A DNA stretch of 64,000 nucleotides, taken from contig CAYNTK010000009.1 in assembly GCA_964400285.1 (NCBI GenBank), positions 32,494-96,493 on the forward strand, read 5' to 3'. Source of the DNA: an uncultured Ignavibacteriaceae bacterium. GTDB lineage: Bacteria > Bacteroidota > Ignavibacteria > Tepidaquicellales > Tepidaquicellaceae. The stretch's first letter is position 1; every line of letters begins with the position of its first letter. This document shows, piece after piece, positions 37,304-46,949 of this stretch. A program made the translations under genes and the position numbers. Below the pieces are notes generated by a model. The model was given only the letters and a program-made list of their open reading frames with translations, was not told the origin of the DNA and made no database searches.

Positions 37304-38734
37304 ATGAACATTTCAAAATTTGGTTTTGGTTGTTATCGTGTTGATGATAGAGTAGAAGAACACTATAACTCTTTAAGGAAAGCAATTTTAAACGGAATAA
37401 CGGTCATTGATACTTCTGCTAACTATTCTGATGGTCGGAGCGAAATCCTTGTTGGCAACGTTATCTCGGATTTAGTTTCTGAAAATAAAATTAACCGCGA
37501 GGATGTTACTATTATTACCAAAGGTGGATATATACAGGGACAGAATTATAAATTTGCTTATAAAAGAAAACAACAAGGAAATCCATTTAAAGATGTTGTT
37601 GAACTTGAAGAAGGTTTATGGCACTGTATAAGTCCAGATTTTCTCGAAGACCAAATTAATAGACAGCTTTTTCGTTTAAACCAAAATAATGATTACGGTT
37701 ATATAGATGTTTACCTTCTTCATAACCCAGAGTATTTTCTAAAATGGGCAGAAATTAATGAATATGAAAGTGCTAATACACTTGATGAGTATTATTCAAG
37801 AATAAAAAAAGCCTTTGAATTTCTTGAGGAAAAAGTCGAACAAGGAAAAATAAAATCTTATGGTGTCTCTTCAAATTCATTTCCAAGAAAAATTAGTAAG
37901 TTTGATTTTACATCCCTCGGCAAAATTATTGATTGTGCCAAATTTTTAAAGGATGATAACAATTTTAAATATATAGAATTTCCATTAAACATCATAGAAT
38001 CAGGAGCGGTTTTTGAAATTAATAATTCTGGAATTTCAGTATTAGATTGTGCACAAGGGAATGGTATATTTACACTAATAAACAGACCTCTTAATGCAAT
38101 TACATCGAAAGGACTGTTTAGACTTGCTGATTTTGCTTTTGAAGAAATATCGGAGAGTAAACTTATGAATCAAGTAAAAGTTGTATGTTTAATAGAAGAA
38201 GAATTTTCAAATGAAAAATTTATGAAATTTAAAATTCCCAAAGAACATTCTACCTCCATCAAATCACTACTAACATTTGGTGAAAAAATAAAAAAATCTG
38301 CTTTATCCTTTGTAAATTATGAACATTTAACAGATATGATAGAAAACTATTTTTCTCCACGTATAAACTACTTAATCGATTTACTTGAAAGTAAAATATC
38401 AGATGATTATACGATACACAATCTCAAAAATTATTTAAATGAAGTCTATAAGCTTTTTAGTTATTTAAGTAATTATTATAGAATATTTGCAAACAAGAGA
38501 AATGAAGTTTTTCATACTATAATTAATGATCACTGTGATAAGAAGTATCATGAATTAACATTATCTCAAAAAGCTTTAATGCTTATTAGTTCGATTGATG
38601 GAGTAGATTGTGTTTTGGTTGGAGCACGACAAGAAAAATATGTTGACGAATTAGTCAAAATTATGAGTTTTAATAAGATTGAAAACGCCAAAAATATTCT
38701 CGAAATTATACGTAGCGAAATTGTAAAAATATAA
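37304..38734 (+). CDS. aldo/keto reductase family protein with a long C-terminal extension
   Basis: AKR catalytic contexts are present: DTSANYSDGRSEILVG (Asp, Tyr), IITKGG (Lys), YLLHNPE (His). The final approximately 200 aa show no motif I recognise. Confidence 0.7.
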   Translation: MNISKFGFGCYRVDDRVEEHYNSLRKAILNGITVIDTSANYSDGRSEILVGNVISDLVSENKINREDVTIITKGGYIQGQNYKFAYKRKQQGNPFKDVVELEEGLWHCISPDFLEDQINRQLFRLNQNNDYGYIDVYLLHNPEYFLKWAEINEYESANTLDEYYSRIKKAFEFLEEKVEQGKIKSYGVSSNSFPRKISKFDFTSLGKIIDCAKFLKDDNNFKYIEFPLNIIESGAVFEINNSGISVLDCAQGNGIFTLINRPLNAITSKGLFRLADFAFEEISESKLMNQVKVVCLIEEEFSNEKFMKFKIPKEHSTSIKSLLTFGEKIKKSALSFVNYEHLTDMIENYFSPRINYLIDLLESKISDDYTIHNLKNYLNEVYKLFSYLSNYYRIFANKRNEVFHTIINDHCDKKYHELTLSQKALMLISSIDGVDCVLVGARQEKYVDELVKIMSFNKIENAKNILEIIRSEIVKI

Positions 38735-38747
38735 TTATGTTATTTTT

Positions 38748-39926
38748 ATGGAAAAACCCCAAAAAATAAAGATTCTAACGATAATTTCTCTTTTAATTTT
38801 TGCACTTATTTTAATTTTTCTTAAGATTAATTCTAAAAACAGAACAGATAGTGCAATTCCTGAAAAAAACATTGAAAAAGAAGAAAAACAAATATCATCG
38901 GAAGAAATAAAAAAAATTATTCCTCACGAAATTGATTCTATTTTGTATTTATACGGAATAAAACCGGAATGGATAAAAAATGTTTCGAATATTACTCAGC
39001 TTGAAAAGCAACAAAAAGATAAAAATAAAAAAATTGATAAAACTCAGAAACAAATTATCAAACAACCTCCGACACAATTAGAAAATCTTATTTTCTTTAA
39101 AGAGGTAACTTTACCTAAGGATATACCTTTTGCGGAATTGAATCTTGAAATAGTTAATCTTTTAAAATCATATAAACTTTCATCAATATCATTTGAAGAC
39201 CCAAAGACTTATAATCAACAATTTAATATTTATTTTACAGTGGATTCTGCAAAAAAATTTATTGCAAAAATAAATTTTCAGTATTCCGATAAAATAAAAC
39301 GTGAAACAGCCGATATCTGTATTGTAATGGATAATCTTAATATATATACTCACGTTCAGCTTGAAAAATTATTGTCATCGAACGAAAAATTTTCTGTTAT
39401 CCTCCCCGATGATATTCATAAAATTGATTTACAAACAATGGTAATGGAATCTAAAAAGGATTATCTTGTTTTAGCAGATATTGGAATGCAAGATGATATA
39501 GAAGCCACGTTTAGAAGTGATATGAAAGAGAAAGACTGGAGAGTAAAAGTTAGAACACTATGTTATGAGTTTGATAAAGCTGCGGGTATTATTTTGAGAA
39601 ATCCTAAAATGCTTCACAAACTTGAAATGGAACTTCTCGATGAATTTTCGAAATTTCCCGTAAAAGCATACAGAGATACTATGTTTTATAAATATATATC
39701 ATCTGAAAAATCGACAAAAAAGATTTCAGATTTTTTTAACCTTATTTTATCCCGTGCAAAAAATGGAATTAACAGTCAAATTTACATTGTTAATTTTACA
39801 GACGAAGATTTTCAAAATTATTTATCGAACTTATATTTTATAAAAAAACGCGGATATAAATTTTTTACTTTCAGTGATATGATGAGACGCAGGTTAAAAG
39901 TAGAGACGAAGGAACAAACCCAATAA
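38748..39926 (+). CDS. hypothetical membrane-anchored protein; possible degenerate YibQ-like (divergent polysaccharide deacetylase fold) domain
   Basis: One N-terminal TM, then a K/E/Q-rich linker. The C-terminal region aligns loosely by eye to the YibQ architecture (ADICIVMDNLN ~ IAIVIDDFG; FSVILPDD ~ VAVLPDA), but the His/Asp motifs are not conserved. Confidence 0.3.
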   Translation: MEKPQKIKILTIISLLIFALILIFLKINSKNRTDSAIPEKNIEKEEKQISSEEIKKIIPHEIDSILYLYGIKPEWIKNVSNITQLEKQQKDKNKKIDKTQKQIIKQPPTQLENLIFFKEVTLPKDIPFAELNLEIVNLLKSYKLSSISFEDPKTYNQQFNIYFTVDSAKKFIAKINFQYSDKIKRETADICIVMDNLNIYTHVQLEKLLSSNEKFSVILPDDIHKIDLQTMVMESKKDYLVLADIGMQDDIEATFRSDMKEKDWRVKVRTLCYEFDKAAGIILRNPKMLHKLEMELLDEFSKFPVKAYRDTMFYKYISSEKSTKKISDFFNLILSRAKNGINSQIYIVNFTDEDFQNYLSNLYFIKKRGYKFFTFSDMMRRRLKVETKEQTQ

Positions 39927-39965
39927 TTTTTTTATTATTATGACTTAATAAAATTTTTAAATTTT

Positions 39966-40427
39966 GTGAACTTAATGAATACAAACGAAAATTTTATGAT
40001 GTTTGCTTTACGTGAAGCGGAAAAAGCATACGAAGAAGGAGAAATTCCTATTGGTTGTGTTATAGTTTTTGAAAATAAAATCATTGCAAAAGCTCATAAT
40101 CAGGTTGAAACACTTAAAGATTCTACAGCACACGCCGAAATACTTGCAATCACATCTGCTTCGGCGCATCTGGATTCAAAGGTTTTAAAAGATTGCTCTA
40201 TGTATGTAACGCTTGAGCCCTGTTCAATGTGCGCTGGTGCTATTGTTCTCTCCAAACTTGATAATTTATTCTTCGGCGCATTTGATGTAAAAGCTGGCGC
40301 CTGTGGAAGTGTAATAAATATTACAAATAATAAATCCCTTAATCATCGTGTAAATGTCTTCGGGGGAATTCTTGATACAAAATGTGGGAATATATTGAAA
40401 AGTTTTTTTAGAGAGAAGAGGGTTTAA
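39966..40427 (+). CDS. tadA: tRNA adenosine(34) deaminase
   Basis: CDA-fold zinc motifs HAEILAI and PCSMCAGA. The size is typical. The track uses a GTG start; an ATG lies at 39975. Confidence 0.9.
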   Translation: MNLMNTNENFMMFALREAEKAYEEGEIPIGCVIVFENKIIAKAHNQVETLKDSTAHAEILAITSASAHLDSKVLKDCSMYVTLEPCSMCAGAIVLSKLDNLFFGAFDVKAGACGSVINITNNKSLNHRVNVFGGILDTKCGNILKSFFREKRV

Positions 40428-41368
40428 TCTAATTTTACAAGACTTTTTTGTTCCATATATATTCCATTCTTATAAATCCTTATGCAATAAACACCATTTT
40501 TTAAGAAGTCAGGACGTATGTAAAATTTGTGCTCACCATTTTCGAATACCCCTGTTGTTATTTCTGCATTTTTAATTCCAAGAGGGGTTATAAATTCGAC
40601 TTTTATTAAACTCAAATCGTCTGAAATAAAATTTATTTCTATTCCGTTTGAGAATTTTTCTGTGTACAAATTTTCACAATAAGGTCTTAGGATATTATTG
40701 TTTTGCAAAATCATTTTATTAAGGGTATCTGATAGTGATTGTATATTAGAATATTTATTCATCTGCCATAGTGTTTCGTCTTGTAAATGTATATGTTTGT
40801 TCCCTTTCCCCCCATGCTCGAGGTAGCGAATTCCGAGCCCTTGAATACTATTTTGAATTATATTTCTATCATATTTTGTATAGTAACTTAAATCAGCTGC
40901 AACACCAAGCAAGTGAGGAGAGTCTTCCACGTTTGACCACCCTCGTTTTTTATATTTGTGCTGTTCTTCTGTTGTTCGCATTGCATCGGATATACGAGGA
41001 AGAAATTTTACTTTATTTAAAAGGTAAAGAAATTTTATAGCAAAAACTGGGTGTATGTAGGTGATTACGTTAGATTTGAAAACCAAAAAAGGTAAACGAA
41101 AGTTTAAAAGAGTAAAGTTGTTTTGTTTACAAGTTATAAAATCATCTCCTGATAATGATATTACTTTGTTTTTTTCTTTTGAAATAATGAAAATAAAATC
41201 TGATGACTCTTCCTCATTAAAATTTAAATAAGTGCAATAAAGATTTGTATCTGAAAAAGAAATAAAATTTTTTTCTGAAACCGGATAGGGAAATATTACT
41301 TTTTGGGTTTGTGATTTTGTGCATATTATGTAAGAAAAGAAAATAATAAATAAGATTTTATAATTCAT
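40424..41368 (-). CDS. secreted protein with a peptidase M15 (LAS, DD-peptidase-like) zinc domain and a beta-sandwich C-terminal domain
   Basis: Hx6D...H zinc ligands (SPHLLGVAAD and KHIHLQ). Signal peptide from MNYKILFIIFFSYIIC. I prefer the ATG at 41368 over 41392. The C-terminal GVYCIRIYKNGIYMEQKSLVKL resembles T9SS/FlgD-Ig-type domains. Confidence 0.6.
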   Translation of the reverse strand: MNYKILFIIFFSYIICTKSQTQKVIFPYPVSEKNFISFSDTNLYCTYLNFNEEESSDFIFIISKEKNKVISLSGDDFITCKQNNFTLLNFRLPFLVFKSNVITYIHPVFAIKFLYLLNKVKFLPRISDAMRTTEEQHKYKKRGWSNVEDSPHLLGVAADLSYYTKYDRNIIQNSIQGLGIRYLEHGGKGNKHIHLQDETLWQMNKYSNIQSLSDTLNKMILQNNNILRPYCENLYTEKFSNGIEINFISDDLSLIKVEFITPLGIKNAEITTGVFENGEHKFYIRPDFLKNGVYCIRIYKNGIYMEQKSLVKLD

Positions 41369-41624
41369 CAAATCCCCTTTCAAAAAAATCAATCATTTCC
41401 TCTGCGAGTTGTTCTTCATCTGGTCCATCAAATCTAAGCAGAAGTTTAGAGCCCTGCTCTGCTGCAAGTGTCATTACCCCAATTATACTTTTCCCGTTTA
41501 CTTCAAAATTATCTTTTGACAAAAAAAACTCTGCTTTGTATTTTGCAGCAATCTTTACTATTGTAGAAGCAGGCCTTGTATGCATTCCTGCCTTATTTAT
41601 TATGGTAACCTCTTTTTCAATCAT
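41358..41624 (-). CDS. ptsH: HPr family phosphocarrier protein
   Basis: His15 context GMHTRPAS and Ser46 context NGKSIIGVMTL. 88 aa. Confidence 0.9.
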   Translation of the reverse strand: MIEKEVTIINKAGMHTRPASTIVKIAAKYKAEFFLSKDNFEVNGKSIIGVMTLAAEQGSKLLLRFDGPDEEQLAEEMIDFFERGFDEL

Positions 41625-42611
41625 TTACATATTCCTGTTTAATAACATATTTGAAAACCAAAGCATCATATGCCTTGAGGTTTCTTTTCTTATTTTTCTA
41701 AGGTAAGAATTTGCTTCTCTTATATAGTTTTCAATTTCTTTTTTAGCAGAGGTTATTATCCCATATTTCGCGTAGATATTTTTTATCGCTAATATTTCAC
41801 TATCTTTCTTTAGCCCTTTATTTGTTATAATAGATTCAAGTAGATCCTTGTCTTTTTTGTTTTTTATTGTTTCGAGGCCTTTTATTAATAAAAAAGTTTT
41901 TTTCCCCTCTCGAATATCACCCCCGATTTTTTTCCCAAATTTTTTTTCGTCAGCATTTATATCTAATAAATCATCTTGTATTTGAAAAGCTAAACCAAGA
42001 TTTAAAGCATAATTACCCATTGCCTCAACAAGTGATTTATTTCCGTTTCCAATCAATACCCCTATTTTTGCACAAGATACGAGTAGCTGAGATGTTTTTT
42101 TGTTTATCATCATAATATATTCATTGAGTGATACTTTTTTCTTCGTTTCGTATTCTTTATCATAACTTTGACCTTCGCAAACCTCTATTATTCCTTTAGT
42201 AAACAGCATAACAATTTCTCCAATTTTCTGAGAATTTGTTTTTAGTAACGATTCGTATGCAAGCCCAAGCAGAGCATCGCCTGCAAGAATAGCAGTATCA
42301 GTATCCCACTTTTTATGAATGGTTTTTCTTCCACGTCTTGTATCTGCTTTATCCATTATATCATCATGTATTAGTGTAAAGTTATGCAAGGTCTCCATTG
42401 CTATTGCAGCGTTTATAGATTCTTTAACTTTTCCCTCTGCAGCCTCACAGCATAACATTAATAAGATTGGTCGAATTCTTTTACCTCCTCCCAATAATAT
42501 ATATCTTAGTGGATTATAAATTCCCTCAGGGCTTTTTTTTAAAATAAAACTACTTAATCTTTTGTTAATTAAATTTTTATATTTTAAATATCGCTTCTCG
42601 AAATTAATCAT
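41625..42611 (-). CDS. polyprenyl diphosphate synthase (trans-IPPS family; chain length not determined)
   Basis: First Asp-rich motif LIHDDIMDKADTRRG. Second motif FQIQDDLLD. The stop abuts the HPr start. Confidence 0.85.
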   Translation of the reverse strand: MINFEKRYLKYKNLINKRLSSFILKKSPEGIYNPLRYILLGGGKRIRPILLMLCCEAAEGKVKESINAAIAMETLHNFTLIHDDIMDKADTRRGRKTIHKKWDTDTAILAGDALLGLAYESLLKTNSQKIGEIVMLFTKGIIEVCEGQSYDKEYETKKKVSLNEYIMMINKKTSQLLVSCAKIGVLIGNGNKSLVEAMGNYALNLGLAFQIQDDLLDINADEKKFGKKIGGDIREGKKTFLLIKGLETIKNKKDKDLLESIITNKGLKKDSEILAIKNIYAKYGIITSAKKEIENYIREANSYLRKIRKETSRHMMLWFSNMLLNRNM

Positions 42612-42705
42612 ATTAAACTTTTTTTATTTGTTAAAAATAATTAATTTAAACATCTTAAGTAATTCAATTTAGTATTGTTATTGTATAAAATTTTAAATTT
42701 AAAAT

Positions 42706-44382
42706 ATGAAAAAATCTTGTATTATTATAATTCTTTTTTTATTTACGCTTGTTTCAAAGGAATTAAATTCGGTTAGTTTCTCCAATCCTTTTGAACAAAT
42801 AGTAAACAAAAAATCTTATGAAATATATCTTAAACATAAGAGTGTAATTTCTACTTATGTCCAAGCGTCAGTTTTACCTGACTGGGCTCAGCTTAGTCCG
42901 GAAAAAGATGGATACGAAGGAACAAGCACTATCGCTTTTTATGAGTACATAAAAACTCAAAATGTTGTTCCTGAATCTCAAAAACTAATAGTAGCAATAA
43001 TAGATACGGGATTTGACATTGACCACCCTGAGTTTAACGGTAAAATTTGGAACAATGAAAAGGAGATTAACGGAAAACCAGGAATTGATGATGATGAAAA
43101 CGGATATGTTGATGATTTTTATGGATGGAACTTTCTTGGGAAAGCAGTAAATTTAAATCTTGAGGTTACAAGGGAATTGCAAAGATTAAAAAATATGAAT
43201 GCTTCTTTAAATGATTCATATTATATTAAAGTAAATGATGAATATGAAAAGAAAAAACAGGAAACTAAAGATATTTATTTTTTTGCAAATGAAACGCTTT
43301 CCGACTTGGATAAAGCTGAAAAGAAATTAAAAGAAAAAAATTATCCTACTGAACCTGAAAAGATTAAAGAAATTTTAAACTCGTTAAAGGGTGAATATAA
43401 AGAAGCAGCAAATAAAATTTTATTTATTAAAATGCTCTACGGATTGAATAAAAACGAACTTATAGAGATTGAGAAAGATTATTCGATTAAAGAAAAGTGT
43501 TTGTTTGATACTACCAGTGTTCATACTTTAATAGGAGATGACCCAGAATTATTATCCGAAAAAAACTATGGAGATAATGATGTCCACACAAAAGGAGCTT
43601 CACATGGAACACATGTCGCTGGTATTATTGGTGCTGATAAAAAAGGAATTGGACAAGCACCATTTGTTAAATTAATGTTTCTTAGGGTTGTTCCTGACGA
43701 AGGAGATGAGAGAGATAAAGATGTCGCAAATGCTATTAGATATGCAGTTGATAATGGTGCATCAATTATTAATATGTCTGCAGGTAAATATTTTTCACCT
43801 AATTCTGATTATGTAACAGATGCCATTAAGTATGCGGAAAAGGAAGAAGTACTTTTTGTGGTATCTGCGGGAAATGAAGGTGCTGATATTGAAATAAAGA
43901 GAAATTTTCCACCAAAATTCTATGTAGAAAATAACGAAATGAAATATTTTGCCAATATGATTGTAGTTGGAGCAAATACTTGGATGAAAAATTGGAATGA
44001 AGAAAAAGACCCAGAAAATCTTACGAATGGATATGACCTTGCAGCTTCATTTTCAAATTTTTCAAATAAGGTTGTGGATTTATTCGCACCTGGTGTTGAA
44101 ATAAATTCGACAGTTCCCGGTGGAAAATTCGAGAGGAAAAGTGGTACAAGTATGGCGACACCTGAAGTTTCTGGTTGTGCAGCAATTCTAAAATGGTTTT
44201 TCCCGAATTTATCTGCAAGCGATATTAAAATTATTCTTTCAAGTTCTGTAAGAAAATATAATGGCTTGAAAGTTAGAGTTAAAGAAGATAAATCGAAAAT
44301 ACTATTTTCTTCTTTATCAAAATCAGGGGGTGTTGTTGATGTATTTAATGCTTACAAAATGACATTGGAAAAATATAAATGA
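42706..44382 (+). CDS. secreted S8 (subtilisin-like) serine peptidase
   Basis: Catalytic triad contexts IIDTGFD, HGTHVAGII and GTSMATPEVSG. Signal peptide. Confidence 0.9.
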   Translation: MKKSCIIIILFLFTLVSKELNSVSFSNPFEQIVNKKSYEIYLKHKSVISTYVQASVLPDWAQLSPEKDGYEGTSTIAFYEYIKTQNVVPESQKLIVAIIDTGFDIDHPEFNGKIWNNEKEINGKPGIDDDENGYVDDFYGWNFLGKAVNLNLEVTRELQRLKNMNASLNDSYYIKVNDEYEKKKQETKDIYFFANETLSDLDKAEKKLKEKNYPTEPEKIKEILNSLKGEYKEAANKILFIKMLYGLNKNELIEIEKDYSIKEKCLFDTTSVHTLIGDDPELLSEKNYGDNDVHTKGASHGTHVAGIIGADKKGIGQAPFVKLMFLRVVPDEGDERDKDVANAIRYAVDNGASIINMSAGKYFSPNSDYVTDAIKYAEKEEVLFVVSAGNEGADIEIKRNFPPKFYVENNEMKYFANMIVVGANTWMKNWNEEKDPENLTNGYDLAASFSNFSNKVVDLFAPGVEINSTVPGGKFERKSGTSMATPEVSGCAAILKWFFPNLSASDIKIILSSSVRKYNGLKVRVKEDKSKILFSSLSKSGGVVDVFNAYKMTLEKYK

Positions 44383-44388
44383 CATTTT

Positions 44389-45762
44389 ATGAATTGGTCA
44401 ACTTTATTTTCACAAAAACGACTTGGAGAAAAAAAGAACAAGTTAAACACTCAATCAGATAGAAGCAACTTTGAAAAGGATTATGACCGAGTTGTCTTTT
44501 CCTCTGCATTCAGAAGATTACAGGATAAAACACAGGTAATACCGTTGCCTGAAAGCGACTTTGTTCACACTCGCCTGACTCATAGTCTTGAAGTGTCCTG
44601 TGTAGGTCGGTCTCTTGGAAAAATTGTCGGAAAGGAAATTATTGATAGACACAAGCTTTATAGTATAATTAATATTAATGATTTTGCAGCTATCGTTGCC
44701 ACAGCTTGCCTATCGCACGATTTAGGTAATCCTCCGTTTGGACATTCTGGTGAATCTGCAATCAGTAATTATTTTAAAAACGGTAATGGAAAAAAGTATG
44801 AAACTTTAATTAACAACAAAGATAAATGGTCTGACCTGATAAACTTCGAGGGTAATGCAAACGGATTTAAAATGTTGACAAGTTCACGCAAAAGCATAGG
44901 CGGAGGAGTAAAATTAACCTATACCACGCTTGCAAGCTTTGTTAAGTATCCCACTAAATCCAGCAAGGAGAAAAAAGAAATTGAAAAATACAAAGATAAA
45001 ATCAGTTTTAAAAAGTATGGCTACTTTCAGACAGACAGAGAGATTTTTTGTGATATTTTCGATTCACTGGAAATTGATAAAGTCACGGATTATTATTATT
45101 TAAGACACCCGTTAGCTTTTTTAGTCGAGGCATCGGATGATATTTGTTACAGGATTATGGATTTTGAAGATGGTATCAGAATTGGCTTGATTCCTTATTC
45201 CGAAGGGGAAAAATTACTTAAAGAAATTGCGGGAAAAGAATTTGATAAAGGGAAATATAATGCCATAAAGGATAGACGTGAAAAAATCGGGTATCTTAGA
45301 GCAAAAGTTATAAACAAATTAATTAATGAATGCTCTGTAATATTTTTAGATAACGAAAATAATATTTTGAACGGGAAGTTCGACAAACAATTAATAGATA
45401 AGATTAATCAAAAAGATATTTTATTTAACATTGAAAGAATTTCCGTAGATAAAGTATATAAATCTAAAAACGTGATTCAAATCGAAGTAGCAGGATTCAA
45501 AGTTGTAGGAGGTTTGTTAGATATGTTTATAGAAGCCGTAAACGATTTGTATGAATACAAAGACAAGAAAAAACTCGAAAAAGAAAAACCACTCAGTAGT
45601 AATCTTATTAATATATTACCCGAACAGTTTTTATTAGATGGTAAACCTAATGATGATTTATACGAAAGAATTCTTCAAATATGCGAATTCGTAGCAGGTA
45701 TGACGGATTCTTATGCCGTAATGCTTTATAAAAGACTACAGGGGATTGAACTCCCGAAATAA
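44389..45762 (+). CDS. dgt: dGTP triphosphohydrolase family HD-domain protein
   Basis: RSNFEKDYDRVVFSSAFRRLQDKTQV, THSLEV, CLSHDLGNPPFGHSGE and the C-terminal AGMTDSYA are canonical Dgt blocks. Confidence 0.9.
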   Translation: MNWSTLFSQKRLGEKKNKLNTQSDRSNFEKDYDRVVFSSAFRRLQDKTQVIPLPESDFVHTRLTHSLEVSCVGRSLGKIVGKEIIDRHKLYSIININDFAAIVATACLSHDLGNPPFGHSGESAISNYFKNGNGKKYETLINNKDKWSDLINFEGNANGFKMLTSSRKSIGGGVKLTYTTLASFVKYPTKSSKEKKEIEKYKDKISFKKYGYFQTDREIFCDIFDSLEIDKVTDYYYLRHPLAFLVEASDDICYRIMDFEDGIRIGLIPYSEGEKLLKEIAGKEFDKGKYNAIKDRREKIGYLRAKVINKLINECSVIFLDNENNILNGKFDKQLIDKINQKDILFNIERISVDKVYKSKNVIQIEVAGFKVVGGLLDMFIEAVNDLYEYKDKKKLEKEKPLSSNLINILPEQFLLDGKPNDDLYERILQICEFVAGMTDSYAVMLYKRLQGIELPK

Positions 45763-45819
45763 AAAGAAAAAAACAAATTCTATTTAATTATATTTAGTAA
45801 AATAGAAATCTTTAGCTGT

Positions 45820-45852
45820 AAACTTGCCAAACCTTCTGAAGGCACCAAGTTT
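45820..45852. terminator. imperfect hairpin between convergent genes (possible weak or bidirectional terminator)
   Basis: aaacttgcc...ggcaccaagttt forms a 9-bp stem with a 2-nt bulge and A/T-rich stem bases. It lies between the dgt (+) and T9SS cargo (-) stops. There is no clean U-tract. Confidence 0.25.
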
Positions 45853-45900
45853 AAAGCCGAAGATTTTGAAATGTTTGTAATTAAAGAGAAATTATACGTA

Positions 45901-46785
45901 TTATTTTATTACTACCATTTTCTTGATATCAGAAAAATCTCCCGATAACATTTTGTAATAATATACTCCGCTCGATAATCCCCTAGAGTTAAATTCAACA
46001 ATATAATTTCCTGCATTTTTATATCCGTTAACGAGTTCGGAAACCTGCCTTCCTAGGGCGTCATATACAATGATGGAAACCTTTCCCGCTTTAGGTATTG
46101 TATAATTTATTCTTGTTTCCGGATTAAACGGATTCGGATAGTTTTGTGAAAGATAGTATTTCTCTGGTATTGATACAAAATTATTAATACCTGTAATAGG
46201 TGTTAATTCAAGACATATATTAGGTCGCCTTGCTTGAACCGTTCCTGTTGTTAAATCGACACAACCATCTCCATTCGATAAATCTTGATATGCTCCATAA
46301 GTTTTTCGGGGAATTAATGTTGACCTAACAGTTGAGTAATAAGTATATCTGTTATTATTGTAGCATATCTCAATCTTTAGATTGTCATTTCCATTCCATC
46401 CAAAAGGCTGAGTAAAATATATTGTTTGCCATCCCGTAGTTAATACCTTGTAAGTTCCGCTGTAACATATCTCCCATGCGTTACCAAATGTTGTTAAAGA
46501 TGTATCCAAAGTATTCTGCATTTTTACATTAAAACCGTTCATTGTTATTGTATCGGCACTATTTACGTAAAATGCTATTGATGTAAAATAACCTGGAACT
46601 CCTCCTGCAGATGTAATCTCATTTTCAAGATACAACATATCAGTTCTCCCATCCATCCAATATGTTGTAAACGGATAGTTAGATGATAATGTGTCTGTCC
46701 CAACGTAGATAAAAATATTTTGAGCATTAAGATTTGAAAATAAAATTAAGAAGAAGAAAAAAAATATAAAATTTATCGTTCTCAT
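45901..46785 (-). CDS. secreted protein with a T9SS type-A C-terminal sorting domain
   Basis: Signal peptide. The C-terminus has LSQNYPNPFNPETRINYTIP...GVYYYKM...KKMVVIK, the canonical T9SS CTD. Confidence 0.8.
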   Translation of the reverse strand: MRTINFIFFFFFLILFSNLNAQNIFIYVGTDTLSSNYPFTTYWMDGRTDMLYLENEITSAGGVPGYFTSIAFYVNSADTITMNGFNVKMQNTLDTSLTTFGNAWEICYSGTYKVLTTGWQTIYFTQPFGWNGNDNLKIEICYNNNRYTYYSTVRSTLIPRKTYGAYQDLSNGDGCVDLTTGTVQARRPNICLELTPITGINNFVSIPEKYYLSQNYPNPFNPETRINYTIPKAGKVSIIVYDALGRQVSELVNGYKNAGNYIVEFNSRGLSSGVYYYKMLSGDFSDIKKMVVIK

Positions 46786-46949
46786 ATCTTTATTTGTTAG
46801 TTATTGAAATTTAATATTATTTCATAAAAAAACAAATGAAAAATTATGTTTTTTTATATTTAAAATGTTTTTAAAATTAACGACCTTATAATTTTATTTA
46901 TGAAAAAAAGGTATTTGTTTATATAATATCTGGTATTTATTGAAATTTC

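Noticed and set aside
40424-40427. Convergent overlap of the tadA and M15-domain gene stop codons (TTTAA)
   Set aside because: It is real in the sequence, but it is a common consequence of tight packing and has no evident functional implication.
44389-45762. dGTPase as an anti-phage dNTP-depletion defence gene
   Set aside because: Dgt-family enzymes are near-universal housekeeping genes in FCB bacteria. The neighbours (S8 protease, T9SS cargo, dnaE) are not a defence island, and there are no mobile-element or other defence markers.
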